Sequence record: MN871447.1
Reading direction: 5' to 3' (one strand)
Length of the DNA stretch: 64,000 nt
Each line of letters starts with the position of its first letter. Position 1 is the first letter of the stretch. Shown here in pieces: positions 20,144 through 28,811 of this stretch. The notes below the pieces were generated by a model that was given only the letters and a program-made list of their open reading frames with translations, was not told the origin of the DNA and searched no databases. Made by a program: the position numbers and the translations under genes.

Positions 20144-20176
20144 GGTCTGAACATTTTTCGATTTGACGGACATAGA

Positions 20177-20206
20177 CCCAGTCTCCCGCCGAAGCGGGAG
20201 ACTGGG
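20177..20206 (-). terminator. Stable C(UUCG)G hairpin after the MCP stop, without U-tract
   Basis: Minus strand cccagtctcccgc-TTCG-gcgggagactggg, 13-bp stem, followed by tc-TATG. Confidence 0.7.
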
Positions 20207-20240
20207 CTAAGAGTTAGTCAACTAACTTACGCGCGTTAAC

Positions 20241-22526
20241 TTAGGACGCAGGAACAACCTGAGTTTCGTTAACGTCGAGCGAGGTACGCTGTGCGATCGC
20301 TTCTTCCAGGTTGATCACGTTGATGACCAGCATGATCGGCAGGAAGTTGAAATAGCGGTAGCGCGGAGTCAGGCGGATTTCTTTACCGATACGTTGGTTA
20401 CGGATCATGTTGAAATCAACCAGGTATTCCGGGATGAAGCCCAGAACGCCGTGCTGCAGCGGATGCGGTTCAGACTCGTTCGGCAGGATGAAAGTCATGA
20501 CGATCTTGTCTTTCATACGCAGATCGGAGATACGCGCGATGGTGTAATCGTAACCGATACCCACGGTGCGGTCGTCGCCGTTGATCTGGATGTACTGCGG
20601 CAGACGCATGTCAGTACCGATAGCTACGTGCGGCTTCGGAGAACGGCCAGAGAAGGCAGCTTCCAGAGCAGCGGTGTAACCGGTCAGCTGATCTGCGGTG
20701 TAAACCATTTCGTTGATCTTGGACACGATCAGGCCCTGAATATCGCTCTGTTTTGCAGCAGAGGTCAGGCTGTTCAGATCGTTCAGAACATCGATGGTCG
20801 CTTCGTTGAAGTACGGACGCACGTAGTACTGACCAACACCTTCCAGACCCAGGTTGGACTCGATCGGGTGCGGAACGCCAACGCCCAGATAGGACTTCAG
20901 GGTGTCTGCGCGGTTCAGCAGGGTGGTTACGGCGTTGTTACGCATCTGGATACGATACGCGGTGGTCAGAGCTTCCAGGCGCGGATAGGTTTTGTCGTCT
21001 TCAACCATGGCCGGTTTAACGATAACCAGCGGCGGCAGAGTCGGGATCATGAAACCTTGTTTCTGTACGTCGGAGTCAATCAGCAGACCCATTTCCAGCT
21101 GGTTGATGTTGGTCAGACGAGCTTCCAGGCTATAGCCTTCGCCTTTCACTTCCAGACCGGACAGTACCGCAGCAACGCGCGAATCGGTCAGCGCGATTTC
21201 TTTACCGTCTTTGTCGAAGACGCGAGCAACGCGCAGAGAACGCAGAGAGGTGTCGCCGTTACCGTTTTCAACGTTCATTTCGCCGTCGATTTTCACGTCC
21301 AGCTCAACGCGATAACCCTGATCGAACAGAGAACCGAAGATTGTAGATTCAGCGCCGTTCACCAGACGAGTCTGATCGCCCAGACCGATAGCGGTATGGA
21401 ATTTCAGCTGCATCTGACGGAAGTTGTATTCGCGGGTCGCGGTGTACGCAGCGTACTGGTTCTGGTTAACGTCCAGCGCCAGCAGTTCAGTGGTGCCGCC
21501 TTTGGTGACGGAGACCAGCAGTTGTTTCAGGGCAATACGGCTGTCCAGGGAGTCGGTAAAGGTCATGGAACCTTTTTTCAGACGGGACGGCGTTTGCGCC
21601 AGCATCAGCAGGTTGAAGCCTTCGCCGTTTTCGCTGAATTTCAGGAAGTTGGTATCGAAGGTGTCTTTACCCTGTTTCACGGTCTGCGCAGCCAGAACCG
21701 ACGGGGCGATGAACTGGTCGTCGTTTTCGCCAGACTGGATAACCGGGATCAGCTCAGTGCTGTTGGTTTCCAGAGTGGTGTAATCCAGCAGGCCCTGCAG
21801 GATGTTACGCTTGATGATTTCTTGTTTCTCGCCGCCCAGACCTTCACCGGTCCAGCCTTCCCACACCATGTTACGACGGATAGACAGCTGGAAGCCAGCC
21901 TGGTCCGGGGTCACGATATAGGTGCGATAGAACAGTTCAGCGAACTCGTGCTGTTTCGCTACGATCATGTTGATCGCGTAGGAGTGTTCACGCCATTTTT
22001 CGGTTTCTTTCTCGTCGAAAGATTCCAGAGACGGCAGGGAACCGGCCGGCAGGGTCGCAATGGAACCGTTAGCACCCGCAGAAACGAATTCGTTAACACG
22101 AACGTCGTTTTCAAAGGACGGAATGCTGTAACCGTCACGGTAGTAAGCGCGCGGTGCGTTGTGAGACATCGCCAGGACAGCAGCTGCTTCAACCGCAACT
22201 TCTTTCTGGTGTTCACGCAGTTCTTCACCGCCGTCAACAAAGCCTTCGCCTTCGCCGTCTACTGCATCAGCAGATTCGGTGATGGAGCTGATCTGATCGA
22301 CCGCGTCGTTCAGGGACTCTTTGACCGCTTCCAGGGTGGATTCTACTTCTTCCGGGTTTACGCCCAGTTCACCGTAGCTTTCCAGCGCAACAGACATGAC
22401 ACCAGCGGCAGCGCCCTGCGGCAGCAGGGTGTGGTTCTTTTCAACGGACTGGCGAACGCTGTCGACCAGTGATTTAATAGCACCAGCAGCGCCGGCGCCC
22501 AGTAGACCTTTTTTAGGACGTGCCAT
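20241..22526 (-). CDS. Major capsid protein precursor (phiKZ gp120 / SPN3US gp75-like)
   Basis: 761 aa; strongly optimised codons; propeptide with ALES, AVEA, SFEN and SLES sites; A.KQHEFAELFYRT and PRYRYFNFLPIM motifs recalled from the family. Confidence 0.88.
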   Translation of the reverse strand: MARPKKGLLGAGAAGAIKSLVDSVRQSVEKNHTLLPQGAAAGVMSVALESYGELGVNPEEVESTLEAVKESLNDAVDQISSITESADAVDGEGEGFVDGGEELREHQKEVAVEAAAVLAMSHNAPRAYYRDGYSIPSFENDVRVNEFVSAGANGSIATLPAGSLPSLESFDEKETEKWREHSYAINMIVAKQHEFAELFYRTYIVTPDQAGFQLSIRRNMVWEGWTGEGLGGEKQEIIKRNILQGLLDYTTLETNSTELIPVIQSGENDDQFIAPSVLAAQTVKQGKDTFDTNFLKFSENGEGFNLLMLAQTPSRLKKGSMTFTDSLDSRIALKQLLVSVTKGGTTELLALDVNQNQYAAYTATREYNFRQMQLKFHTAIGLGDQTRLVNGAESTIFGSLFDQGYRVELDVKIDGEMNVENGNGDTSLRSLRVARVFDKDGKEIALTDSRVAAVLSGLEVKGEGYSLEARLTNINQLEMGLLIDSDVQKQGFMIPTLPPLVIVKPAMVEDDKTYPRLEALTTAYRIQMRNNAVTTLLNRADTLKSYLGVGVPHPIESNLGLEGVGQYYVRPYFNEATIDVLNDLNSLTSAAKQSDIQGLIVSKINEMVYTADQLTGYTAALEAAFSGRSPKPHVAIGTDMRLPQYIQINGDDRTVGIGYDYTIARISDLRMKDKIVMTFILPNESEPHPLQHGVLGFIPEYLVDFNMIRNQRIGKEIRLTPRYRYFNFLPIMLVINVINLEEAIAQRTSLDVNETQVVPAS

Positions 22527-22590
22527 TTTATTACGTTCCTTTAATAACGTTATTTTAGAAACTCTCTCGACAGCGCTGTCAAGAAATTGT

Positions 22591-22594
22591 CATA
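22591..22594 (-). promoter_or_regulatory. Late (nvRNAP) promoter core TATG upstream of MCP
   Basis: Minus strand ...gaatcaTATGacaatttc...; TATG is the established phiKZ late-promoter core; a second TATATTATG lies near 22626-22634. Confidence 0.5.
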
Positions 22595-22640
22595 TGATTC
22601 AATAAACACGAATGCAGTAATGTTTCATAATATACTACAA

Positions 22641-23201
22641 TTAGCCGGATACCGCTACACGAAGGTAACGTTTAAAGAATTCGTATTGTTTGAATTCCCC
22701 GTACTCCAATTTACCACCGACGGTTTCCAATAAAGCATTGAAGAAAGCACGCTCATCCTGAAAAACCGGGACACGGCTCCCTATAAGAACTAATGTATCG
22801 GAATCCACCAGTAACGGCAGGTAATACTCTTTCGCCATCAAACCCGTTGCCTGGAATGAGAGCGGCGATTCGTTCTTTTCGGCTAGAGCGTCTGACACAT
22901 TAACAGAGATACGCACGTTCTCAACCTTTTTACTGCGATCGGCGAGGAACAGTGCGTTGGCATCGGTCGAAGCAATAGAAGGAATATCTTCGAAAGCGCG
23001 ATCCGTGAAGGCATTCACGAAATTCTGCGTCAGCGCATAAATAATGACTTGCTCCTCTGATAATATAGAAGACTTCGTCTCCAACAATTTAGAAAAGCAA
23101 AGAAGATCTTGATAGCTGAGGTCCGGGGATGCGGTGACTACCTCATCCAACCAACTCGGAACCACCGCGACACGAAGACGTTTTATTGGTGTGATCTTCA
23201 T
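22641..23201 (-). CDS. Conserved hypothetical/virion protein upstream of MCP
   Basis: 186-aa ORF between helicase and MCP; TTTTATG promoter-like core upstream. Confidence 0.6.
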   Translation of the reverse strand: MKITPIKRLRVAVVPSWLDEVVTASPDLSYQDLLCFSKLLETKSSILSEEQVIIYALTQNFVNAFTDRAFEDIPSIASTDANALFLADRSKKVENVRISVNVSDALAEKNESPLSFQATGLMAKEYYLPLLVDSDTLVLIGSRVPVFQDERAFFNALLETVGGKLEYGEFKQYEFFKRYLRVAVSG

Positions 23202-23258
23202 AACGGCCCCTGTGGGTGAAAAATATTTTTTAACATAAAATTTGAGTGAGATGGAACC

Positions 23259-24818
23259 ATGAATTATAAAATGACGATTGTGAACGCCTTGGCGCTGTTG
23301 TTCTGGGAAAACCAGATTAGTTCAGGAAGCGATAGTAAGGCACTCGTCAAGAATATCATGCAGTATGCTAACCCCGGTAAAAACTCCACCGACAGTGACA
23401 GAGTAAAAGAAATTTACGAAGGGTTACAAGTTCTCATTCTTAAGATGACGTCACGTCAGGATCTTTGTAAGAATAGAGAACTCATTGTACAGAACGTCAG
23501 AATGATTGCAGCGGATGAACCTTACGTTGTCGACATTGTTGAAGGAGCACTCGATTTACACTTAGATGAAGCCGCCATCAAAAACCATTGTCGTCTCCTG
23601 ATTCAGGAGTTAAACGACGTCATACGTAAAGCAGAGTTTCGCAAACGCTTCCAGGAATTCAGTAAAGATGTGCTTTACGGCGACGGAGAATTTCAGCTGA
23701 ACGAAGTCGCCAGAAGCATGATCACACATTTTGAAGGTTATGCGCACGATAAAAGCGATAAGCCTGAACATACGCCAGGCGTTATGGATTTCGTTGACTT
23801 CAACGATGAAGAATCCCTGAAAGCAATCTTCACTCGAGCTCGTGATCAGATCTCTCCGGACGAGATTATCAAGTTTGGTCTTCAGGGACTCAATCGGATG
23901 TTTGGTGAGCAAATGGGTGGTCGTCGTGGTGAGATGGTTTTAGTCGGTGGTTTACAACACCATTTCAAATCGGGTCTGACAATGATGATGACTCGGGGCG
24001 CAGCACTTTATAATATCCCTAAATTAAAAGACCCGACGAAGAAACCGGCAATCGTACTGATATCGTCTGAGAACGACCTGCCGATCAACATGCAAACCAT
24101 GTATAAGCAATGTGTTGAACCGACGTTAGGACGTCAGATTAAGAAGAACGAAATTGATCCTAATATTGCAGCACAGTTCATGAAAGAGAAGTTTGCCGAG
24201 AATGGTTGGCATTTCTTGATGTTCCGCATTAACCCGGATGAATTCACTTTCTCTTCACTGCAATCGTTGACGTTAGGTCTCGAAGCAGACGGTTACGAAA
24301 TTGTCGTCATGACGTTCGACTATTTGGCGATGATGTCCAGTAAAGGTTTTGATAACGGTGGAATCACTGGACGTGAGAAACAAGCCATGTTTAAACGCAC
24401 CCGTAACTTTATGGTCATGCGTCATGTTCTGTTTATCACGCCTCACCAGTTGTCAACTGAAGCCTTGAGCATCGAACGTGATCGCCCTGGGCAGTTCCTT
24501 AATGAGATACTTAACCGAGCTTACTATAACGAATGTAAAACCATCGCTCAGGAAGTAGACTTTGAAGTCAATATCCAAAAACAAATTGTCGATGGCGTCG
24601 CGTATTTAAACTTGGGGCGCGGTAAACACCGTGGGGTAGATAACACACCAATTCAGGATCAACGTTGTACCTACCGCTTTACGGACATTGGGATTCCTGA
24701 TGACATTTACACCGAAGACCAATCGATGAAAAAACCAGGTGCCCAGACCGCAGGACAGGGTGGGGGTGCAGCTTGGTTCCAGACTAACGACCAACTCAAC
24801 GATTTCGTACTCAACTAA
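23259..24818 (+). CDS. dnaB: DnaB-like replicative helicase (phiKZ gp118-like)
   Basis: G.RRGEMVLVGGLQHHFKSG (variant Walker A), LISSEN, VMTFDYLAMM (Walker B), FITPHQLS, QEVDFEV, LGRGKHRG. Confidence 0.85.
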   Translation: MNYKMTIVNALALLFWENQISSGSDSKALVKNIMQYANPGKNSTDSDRVKEIYEGLQVLILKMTSRQDLCKNRELIVQNVRMIAADEPYVVDIVEGALDLHLDEAAIKNHCRLLIQELNDVIRKAEFRKRFQEFSKDVLYGDGEFQLNEVARSMITHFEGYAHDKSDKPEHTPGVMDFVDFNDEESLKAIFTRARDQISPDEIIKFGLQGLNRMFGEQMGGRRGEMVLVGGLQHHFKSGLTMMMTRGAALYNIPKLKDPTKKPAIVLISSENDLPINMQTMYKQCVEPTLGRQIKKNEIDPNIAAQFMKEKFAENGWHFLMFRINPDEFTFSSLQSLTLGLEADGYEIVVMTFDYLAMMSSKGFDNGGITGREKQAMFKRTRNFMVMRHVLFITPHQLSTEALSIERDRPGQFLNEILNRAYYNECKTIAQEVDFEVNIQKQIVDGVAYLNLGRGKHRGVDNTPIQDQRCTYRFTDIGIPDDIYTEDQSMKKPGAQTAGQGGGAAWFQTNDQLNDFVLN

Positions 24819-24858
24819 TTCATTCATAACCTTTTCACTCAATAACGGCATAGTGCCG

Positions 24859-24890
24859 CTCCCATGGATAGCGAAAGCTATCCATGGGAG
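24859..24890 (+). terminator. Intrinsic terminator after helicase
   Basis: ctcccatggatagc-gaaa-gctatccatgggag 14-bp stem followed by gcttttt. Confidence 0.85.
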
Positions 24891-24900
24891 GCTTTTTAGC

Positions 24901-25263
24901 TTATACGCTTTTTAGCGGATTCAGTTTGTCTACTTCGGGGTTACACGGGTACTGCTGTTTGAGCTTGCGGTAAAGACATCCTTTATACCGTGTCAGGTTA
25001 TCCTCCACCAACTTCAGTAATTCATCGCCGGTATAGTCCGCACCTTCGTCTCCCGTAAAGAAACCGACGTAGATCAGATGGAGACAGATAGCGGCGGTAC
25101 TGTCCTGCTGTTGATGTTTGTATTTGAGCAGTTCTAACATTTCACTGGCCGACTTGATCACGAAATGATCTATTTTATCGATGAGTCGGTAGACGTGTTC
25201 TATCTGTTCTGTTGTTGTCATACGTTCCATACGACGTTCGCCAAGATTAATCAAGTCAGCCAT
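24901..25263 (-). CDS. Hypothetical protein
   Basis: 120-aa ORF with AAGGA SD. Confidence 0.6.
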   Translation of the reverse strand: MADLINLGERRMERMTTTEQIEHVYRLIDKIDHFVIKSASEMLELLKYKHQQQDSTAAICLHLIYVGFFTGDEGADYTGDELLKLVEDNLTRYKGCLYRKLKQQYPCNPEVDKLNPLKSV

Positions 25264-25266
25264 AGA

Positions 25267-25440
25267 TTATCCTTCAGTTAGTTCTGCATACCGTTGTGCG
25301 ATTTGATTGTCAGACATATTGGCCAGTTGAGCTTCGGTATAACCGAAGCGATACTGTAACACGGTTTCCTGGTAGGCACGTGGAGAGAGTTCAACCTCAC
25401 CGCCAGCGTCGATATGGTAAGATACCTTATTATCGCTCAT
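25267..25440 (-). CDS. Small hypothetical protein (57 aa, MSDNKVSYHIDAGGEVELSPRAYQ...), not in the ORF track
   Basis: GAGGA SD 8 nt upstream of ATG 25440; open to TAA at 25267; fills the gap between terminator and next gene. Confidence 0.7.
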   Translation of the reverse strand: MSDNKVSYHIDAGGEVELSPRAYQETVLQYRFGYTEAQLANMSDNQIAQRYAELTEG

Positions 25441-25472
25441 TCTCGTGATTCCTCATTAAGAAATAAAAAGTC

Positions 25473-25498
25473 CACTGGTGAGGAAACCCTCACCAGTG
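25473..25498 (-). terminator. Intrinsic terminator hairpin
   Basis: cactggtgagg-aaac-cctcaccagtg; minus strand followed by gacttttta. Confidence 0.75.
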
Positions 25499-25521
25499 TA
25501 ACCAAATGGTTTCTAATCTCA

Positions 25522-26349
25522 TCAGAAGTCGAAACGTAGGATATACGACAGAACAGGATTGCAGTAAACTGCCGCATCGGTCAATACTGCTAAACGCCGT
25601 GACCAGAATTGCTTTGTCAATTTCGTTTTATCGGTTAAGGCTTTCGCCATTACCCCATAAAGCGAATAAGCGATGCCTCTGGCCTGCGACTGCATTTCAA
25701 ATGCAGCACGTTCTTTACCGAAACTATAACCTTGTCCTGGGAAGTAAAGACTGAAGCTTTCTTCCTGATACGGGAAACGATTGACGGCAAAAGCCGACCA
25801 ATCATCGATCTTCGTTAACCACGTTTCAATTTCATAATAATCCTTCCCGCGTAAAAAGAAATCCGGGGATTCATTATTCACTAACGCGGCACGTTCCGCG
25901 TAAGTGGGCGGATCGTTACCGAATAGCACTTTGACACAGATATCTTCCGGATGAACTTTGTCTACCCAGATCAACTCCGTATTCCACGCATAGAGCCATG
26001 AAAAGAGTTTTTGAATATGGGTACGAATGAGTTCATCGCTTTGATCGGTATCAAAACTGACGGTCTCCAAAAAGTTAACAATTTCTTGCGTGGCTTCGAT
26101 AGCCATAGGGTAACGATCAAGTAAAGGTTCGTAGACCCCGTCCTTTGGAAACTTCGGCATGATATAGCCATCGACTAATGAAATCGCGTAATTGATCGTG
26201 TTGTGTCCCCACGGGTCGCTAAAACACGGATTCAGTACTTCGTCGATAGTGAGAAGCTGGCGTTGATTGTACGTCTTGGTTCGGGCCAAGGAGTCAGTAA
26301 TCCATTCCTTGACCTTCGGTACCCATTTCTGGTTCTCGGGATAAAGCAT
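25522..26349 (-). CDS. Hypothetical protein
   Basis: 275-aa ORF with AGGAG SD. Confidence 0.65.
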   Translation of the reverse strand: MLYPENQKWVPKVKEWITDSLARTKTYNQRQLLTIDEVLNPCFSDPWGHNTINYAISLVDGYIMPKFPKDGVYEPLLDRYPMAIEATQEIVNFLETVSFDTDQSDELIRTHIQKLFSWLYAWNTELIWVDKVHPEDICVKVLFGNDPPTYAERAALVNNESPDFFLRGKDYYEIETWLTKIDDWSAFAVNRFPYQEESFSLYFPGQGYSFGKERAAFEMQSQARGIAYSLYGVMAKALTDKTKLTKQFWSRRLAVLTDAAVYCNPVLSYILRFDF

Positions 26350-26929
26350 AAAGACTCCTGTCTGACGACAAAGGCGGGAAAATGATTAAGTGCGTAAAAC
26401 GAGAAAGATGATCAAAGTCAACGAAGCCACCTTGGGCGAGATAGAACCCTAAAGCAACCTTGTCTTTGCGCACAACGATTAACTTGATTGCGTGATTCTT
26501 TTTCGCCGCTCGAATCGATTGGAGTAATTTAGTTCCTAATCCCTGTCCTCGATATTTTTGACCGATGATCAATGTGTCGATGACGGGGTGTTGATCAATC
26601 AAACTGACTGCATACCCGACGACTCTTCCGCCATCGCGCAGTAGCCATAATTCAACCGATTTCTGATGGACGTCCATCACCTCAAGTACGGCTTCAGTAA
26701 ACGTCTGGATTTGTAACCGATGACAATTGACTTTATTAAGATGCTGTTGTAGTTCCGACGTGAGTTTATTCAGCTGGGCGAGTTCACTCCCGTTTAAATT
26801 AAATTCTTCGTCTGGATTTATTACCCTGTGCTCTACCTGTAGTTCGGTTAAGGTTTCGCCAGGAAAAAGGTGAGTAAAGCGGCTGATACTTGTAATTTTT
26901 GCATCAGTCCTGGAGTTTCCGTGTTCCAC
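26294..26929 (-). CDS. GNAT-family acetyltransferase (start uncertain)
   Basis: WLLRDGGRVVGY, LIIGQKYRGQGLGTKLL (acetyl-CoA motif R/QxxGxG/A), ALGFYLAQGG; GTG start lies 82 nt inside the upstream gene with a weak SD. Confidence 0.75.
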   Translation of the reverse strand: MEHGNSRTDAKITSISRFTHLFPGETLTELQVEHRVINPDEEFNLNGSELAQLNKLTSELQQHLNKVNCHRLQIQTFTEAVLEVMDVHQKSVELWLLRDGGRVVGYAVSLIDQHPVIDTLIIGQKYRGQGLGTKLLQSIRAAKKNHAIKLIVVRKDKVALGFYLAQGGFVDFDHLSRFTHLIIFPPLSSDRSLYALSREPEMGTEGQGMDY

Positions 26930-28191
26930 TGTTCTTCTGCCCGTATAAGTGTACCTTCAAGGATCGTTGTCACTGACCCATTGTCGTAGTAAACGCGAAC
27001 TGGCATTCCGGGGGTAAGTAACCGGATGTCAGACCGCTCCCATTTCACTGCCATGATCAGCCCGTCGTACGCAGCGATACGCGATTGTTCTCTCGCCAGG
27101 TTATCCGTAATAGGATTATCTGAAACATGAGCAATTGTTAACCCGTCACTACGGGGCTTGCGCATGATATCGACAGAGACCGCTTCACGGTTGTAAACCG
27201 CGCGGTTATCGCCATCAACCACCACCGGACTCTCAAAGAAATTACTGGCTTTCTGGAAGTGAACACCGTTACCAGACGACACGTTACCGGAGACAGAGAT
27301 ATCTTGCGTCTTTGCGCCGCCGGTGGCGATGACCTTTAACGTTGACCCTTCCCACTTATACGTGCAATCTGCCGTGGGGAGTTTTAGCGAATCCGCCACA
27401 AAGACCGAGAGGCGTTTTTCGGTTTTAGTAAACCGTTGCGTGTTGTACAACGGGAAAATAAACCAGCGCTGATTCTCAATAAACGAACCGATACCGTGGT
27501 TATACAACCCGCCCTCTTTCGCCTGAAGATAATGCGGTAAACTCGTCATCTTCACTTGATGGTCAACAATAATCTGTTCACGGATCGCGCTTTCTCCGGT
27601 GACGTCAGCATCAACCATCTCCAGCCCTAAGAGCGGCGGAAGACCCGCTTGCTTGTCCTCGTTCGTTTTCGCAATGATATACGCCCGTAGAACGTCACTG
27701 GCGGTACTGAAGCGGAATACACCCTGTGCCGATTTAGCCGACATGCTCAATGCGATCGGGTCGACTAACTGCACATGAAAGATTCGGAGATCATCAGAAC
27801 CGTCTGTATAAGGCGTCGATTGTAATCCGGGTGTCCCGCCTAATGAGGCGATTTCGTTATTCGAAAAGAATGCCCGGTATGTCGTCTGAATAGTAAGGCC
27901 ATTACTGAACTTCACTTCGGACACCGCATCCACCTGTTCCTGGAACAGTGTCAGGTAGAGATTGTCTCTGACTGCAAAGAGCTGGTTAAAGTCTTTTGTA
28001 ATCATGGCAATCTCAAGGGTGATATTCGAACAAAAACGCTCACCGTACTCCGATCGGATTCGTTTCCCGATAACAGCCTTTACGGGGTACTGAACGCCTT
28101 GTACCGTAAAGATTGCCCGGAGTTGGTAACGAGGGTTGGCGCCACTCGCCGCCAATGTCATGATTTGCTGGCGAAGTAATTGGGTATTCAT
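26848..28191 (-). CDS. Virion structural protein, baseplate hub-like
   Basis: 447 aa; QLVD...L......G.F, IIV.HQVK...LP.YLQ...GGLY..GIG, LTPGMPVRVYY: hub/late-control-D-like architecture (inference). Confidence 0.55.
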   Translation of the reverse strand: MNTQLLRQQIMTLAASGANPRYQLRAIFTVQGVQYPVKAVIGKRIRSEYGERFCSNITLEIAMITKDFNQLFAVRDNLYLTLFQEQVDAVSEVKFSNGLTIQTTYRAFFSNNEIASLGGTPGLQSTPYTDGSDDLRIFHVQLVDPIALSMSAKSAQGVFRFSTASDVLRAYIIAKTNEDKQAGLPPLLGLEMVDADVTGESAIREQIIVDHQVKMTSLPHYLQAKEGGLYNHGIGSFIENQRWFIFPLYNTQRFTKTEKRLSVFVADSLKLPTADCTYKWEGSTLKVIATGGAKTQDISVSGNVSSGNGVHFQKASNFFESPVVVDGDNRAVYNREAVSVDIMRKPRSDGLTIAHVSDNPITDNLAREQSRIAAYDGLIMAVKWERSDIRLLTPGMPVRVYYDNGSVTTILEGTLIRAEEQWNTETPGLMQKLQVSAALLTFFLAKP

Positions 28192-28811
28192 GAACGGTAC
28201 CTCTTACGTTTCTTGAGGACGTCGTAATCGATACGTTCTTCGATAGGGATATAATCCGCCGCACTGCGTTTAGAGACCACCGCTTTTTGACCGAAAGGAT
28301 CGAGACCAATCGCGGGTGCAGCACTCTTGATAACCTTAGCCAATCCAGTGACGTTATCGTCTTTGCCGTGTTGACGGACTTTGTTGTAAATCTGGCGAGC
28401 GAATTCGTCCATCTTACGAAGATCTTCTAAACGCTGCTGTGTGACACTCGGGTCTTCTCTGCGAAGACCGTACTGCTGCGATTGGTGCCAACGCGTACAA
28501 TCCGCTAAATGTTCCTGTATGATTTTGTTGATCTTCTCGGCATCAACCATACCGTTGACCAACTCCATCGCCACGCCGTCATGCCATAACTCCACCATCT
28601 CCGCAATCGTTCGCCAGACCACGGTAGGACGTTTTGCTGCCTGTGCATCAATATCCGCATAACCGGTTGTAAACATCCCGCGTGAATGAACATCGTTTTC
28701 GTCCATGGCATCCACAACGGACATCCTCACGCTAAACATTTTGTCAAAAATAATTTGACCTGCAGTTTTTGGTTTGGTGCGTACGGTTTCAATGACCACG
28801 GTTGTCGTCAT
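28188..28811 (-). CDS. Conserved hypothetical protein
   Basis: Better start MTTTVV at 28811 (GAGGG SD; TAATG overlap with the upstream stop). Confidence 0.65.
   Translation of the reverse strand: MTTTVVIETVRTKPKTAGQIIFDKMFSVRMSVVDAMDENDVHSRGMFTTGYADIDAQAAKRPTVVWRTIAEMVELWHDGVAMELVNGMVDAEKINKIIQEHLADCTRWHQSQQYGLRREDPSVTQQRLEDLRKMDEFARQIYNKVRQHGKDDNVTGLAKVIKSAAPAIGLDPFGQKAVVSKRSAADYIPIEERIDYDVLKKRKRYRS

Noticed and set aside
20394-22472. 692-aa antisense ORF over the MCP gene
   Set aside because: Codon-aligned shadow caused by MCP avoiding TTA/CTA/TCA; no SD, no recognisable domain
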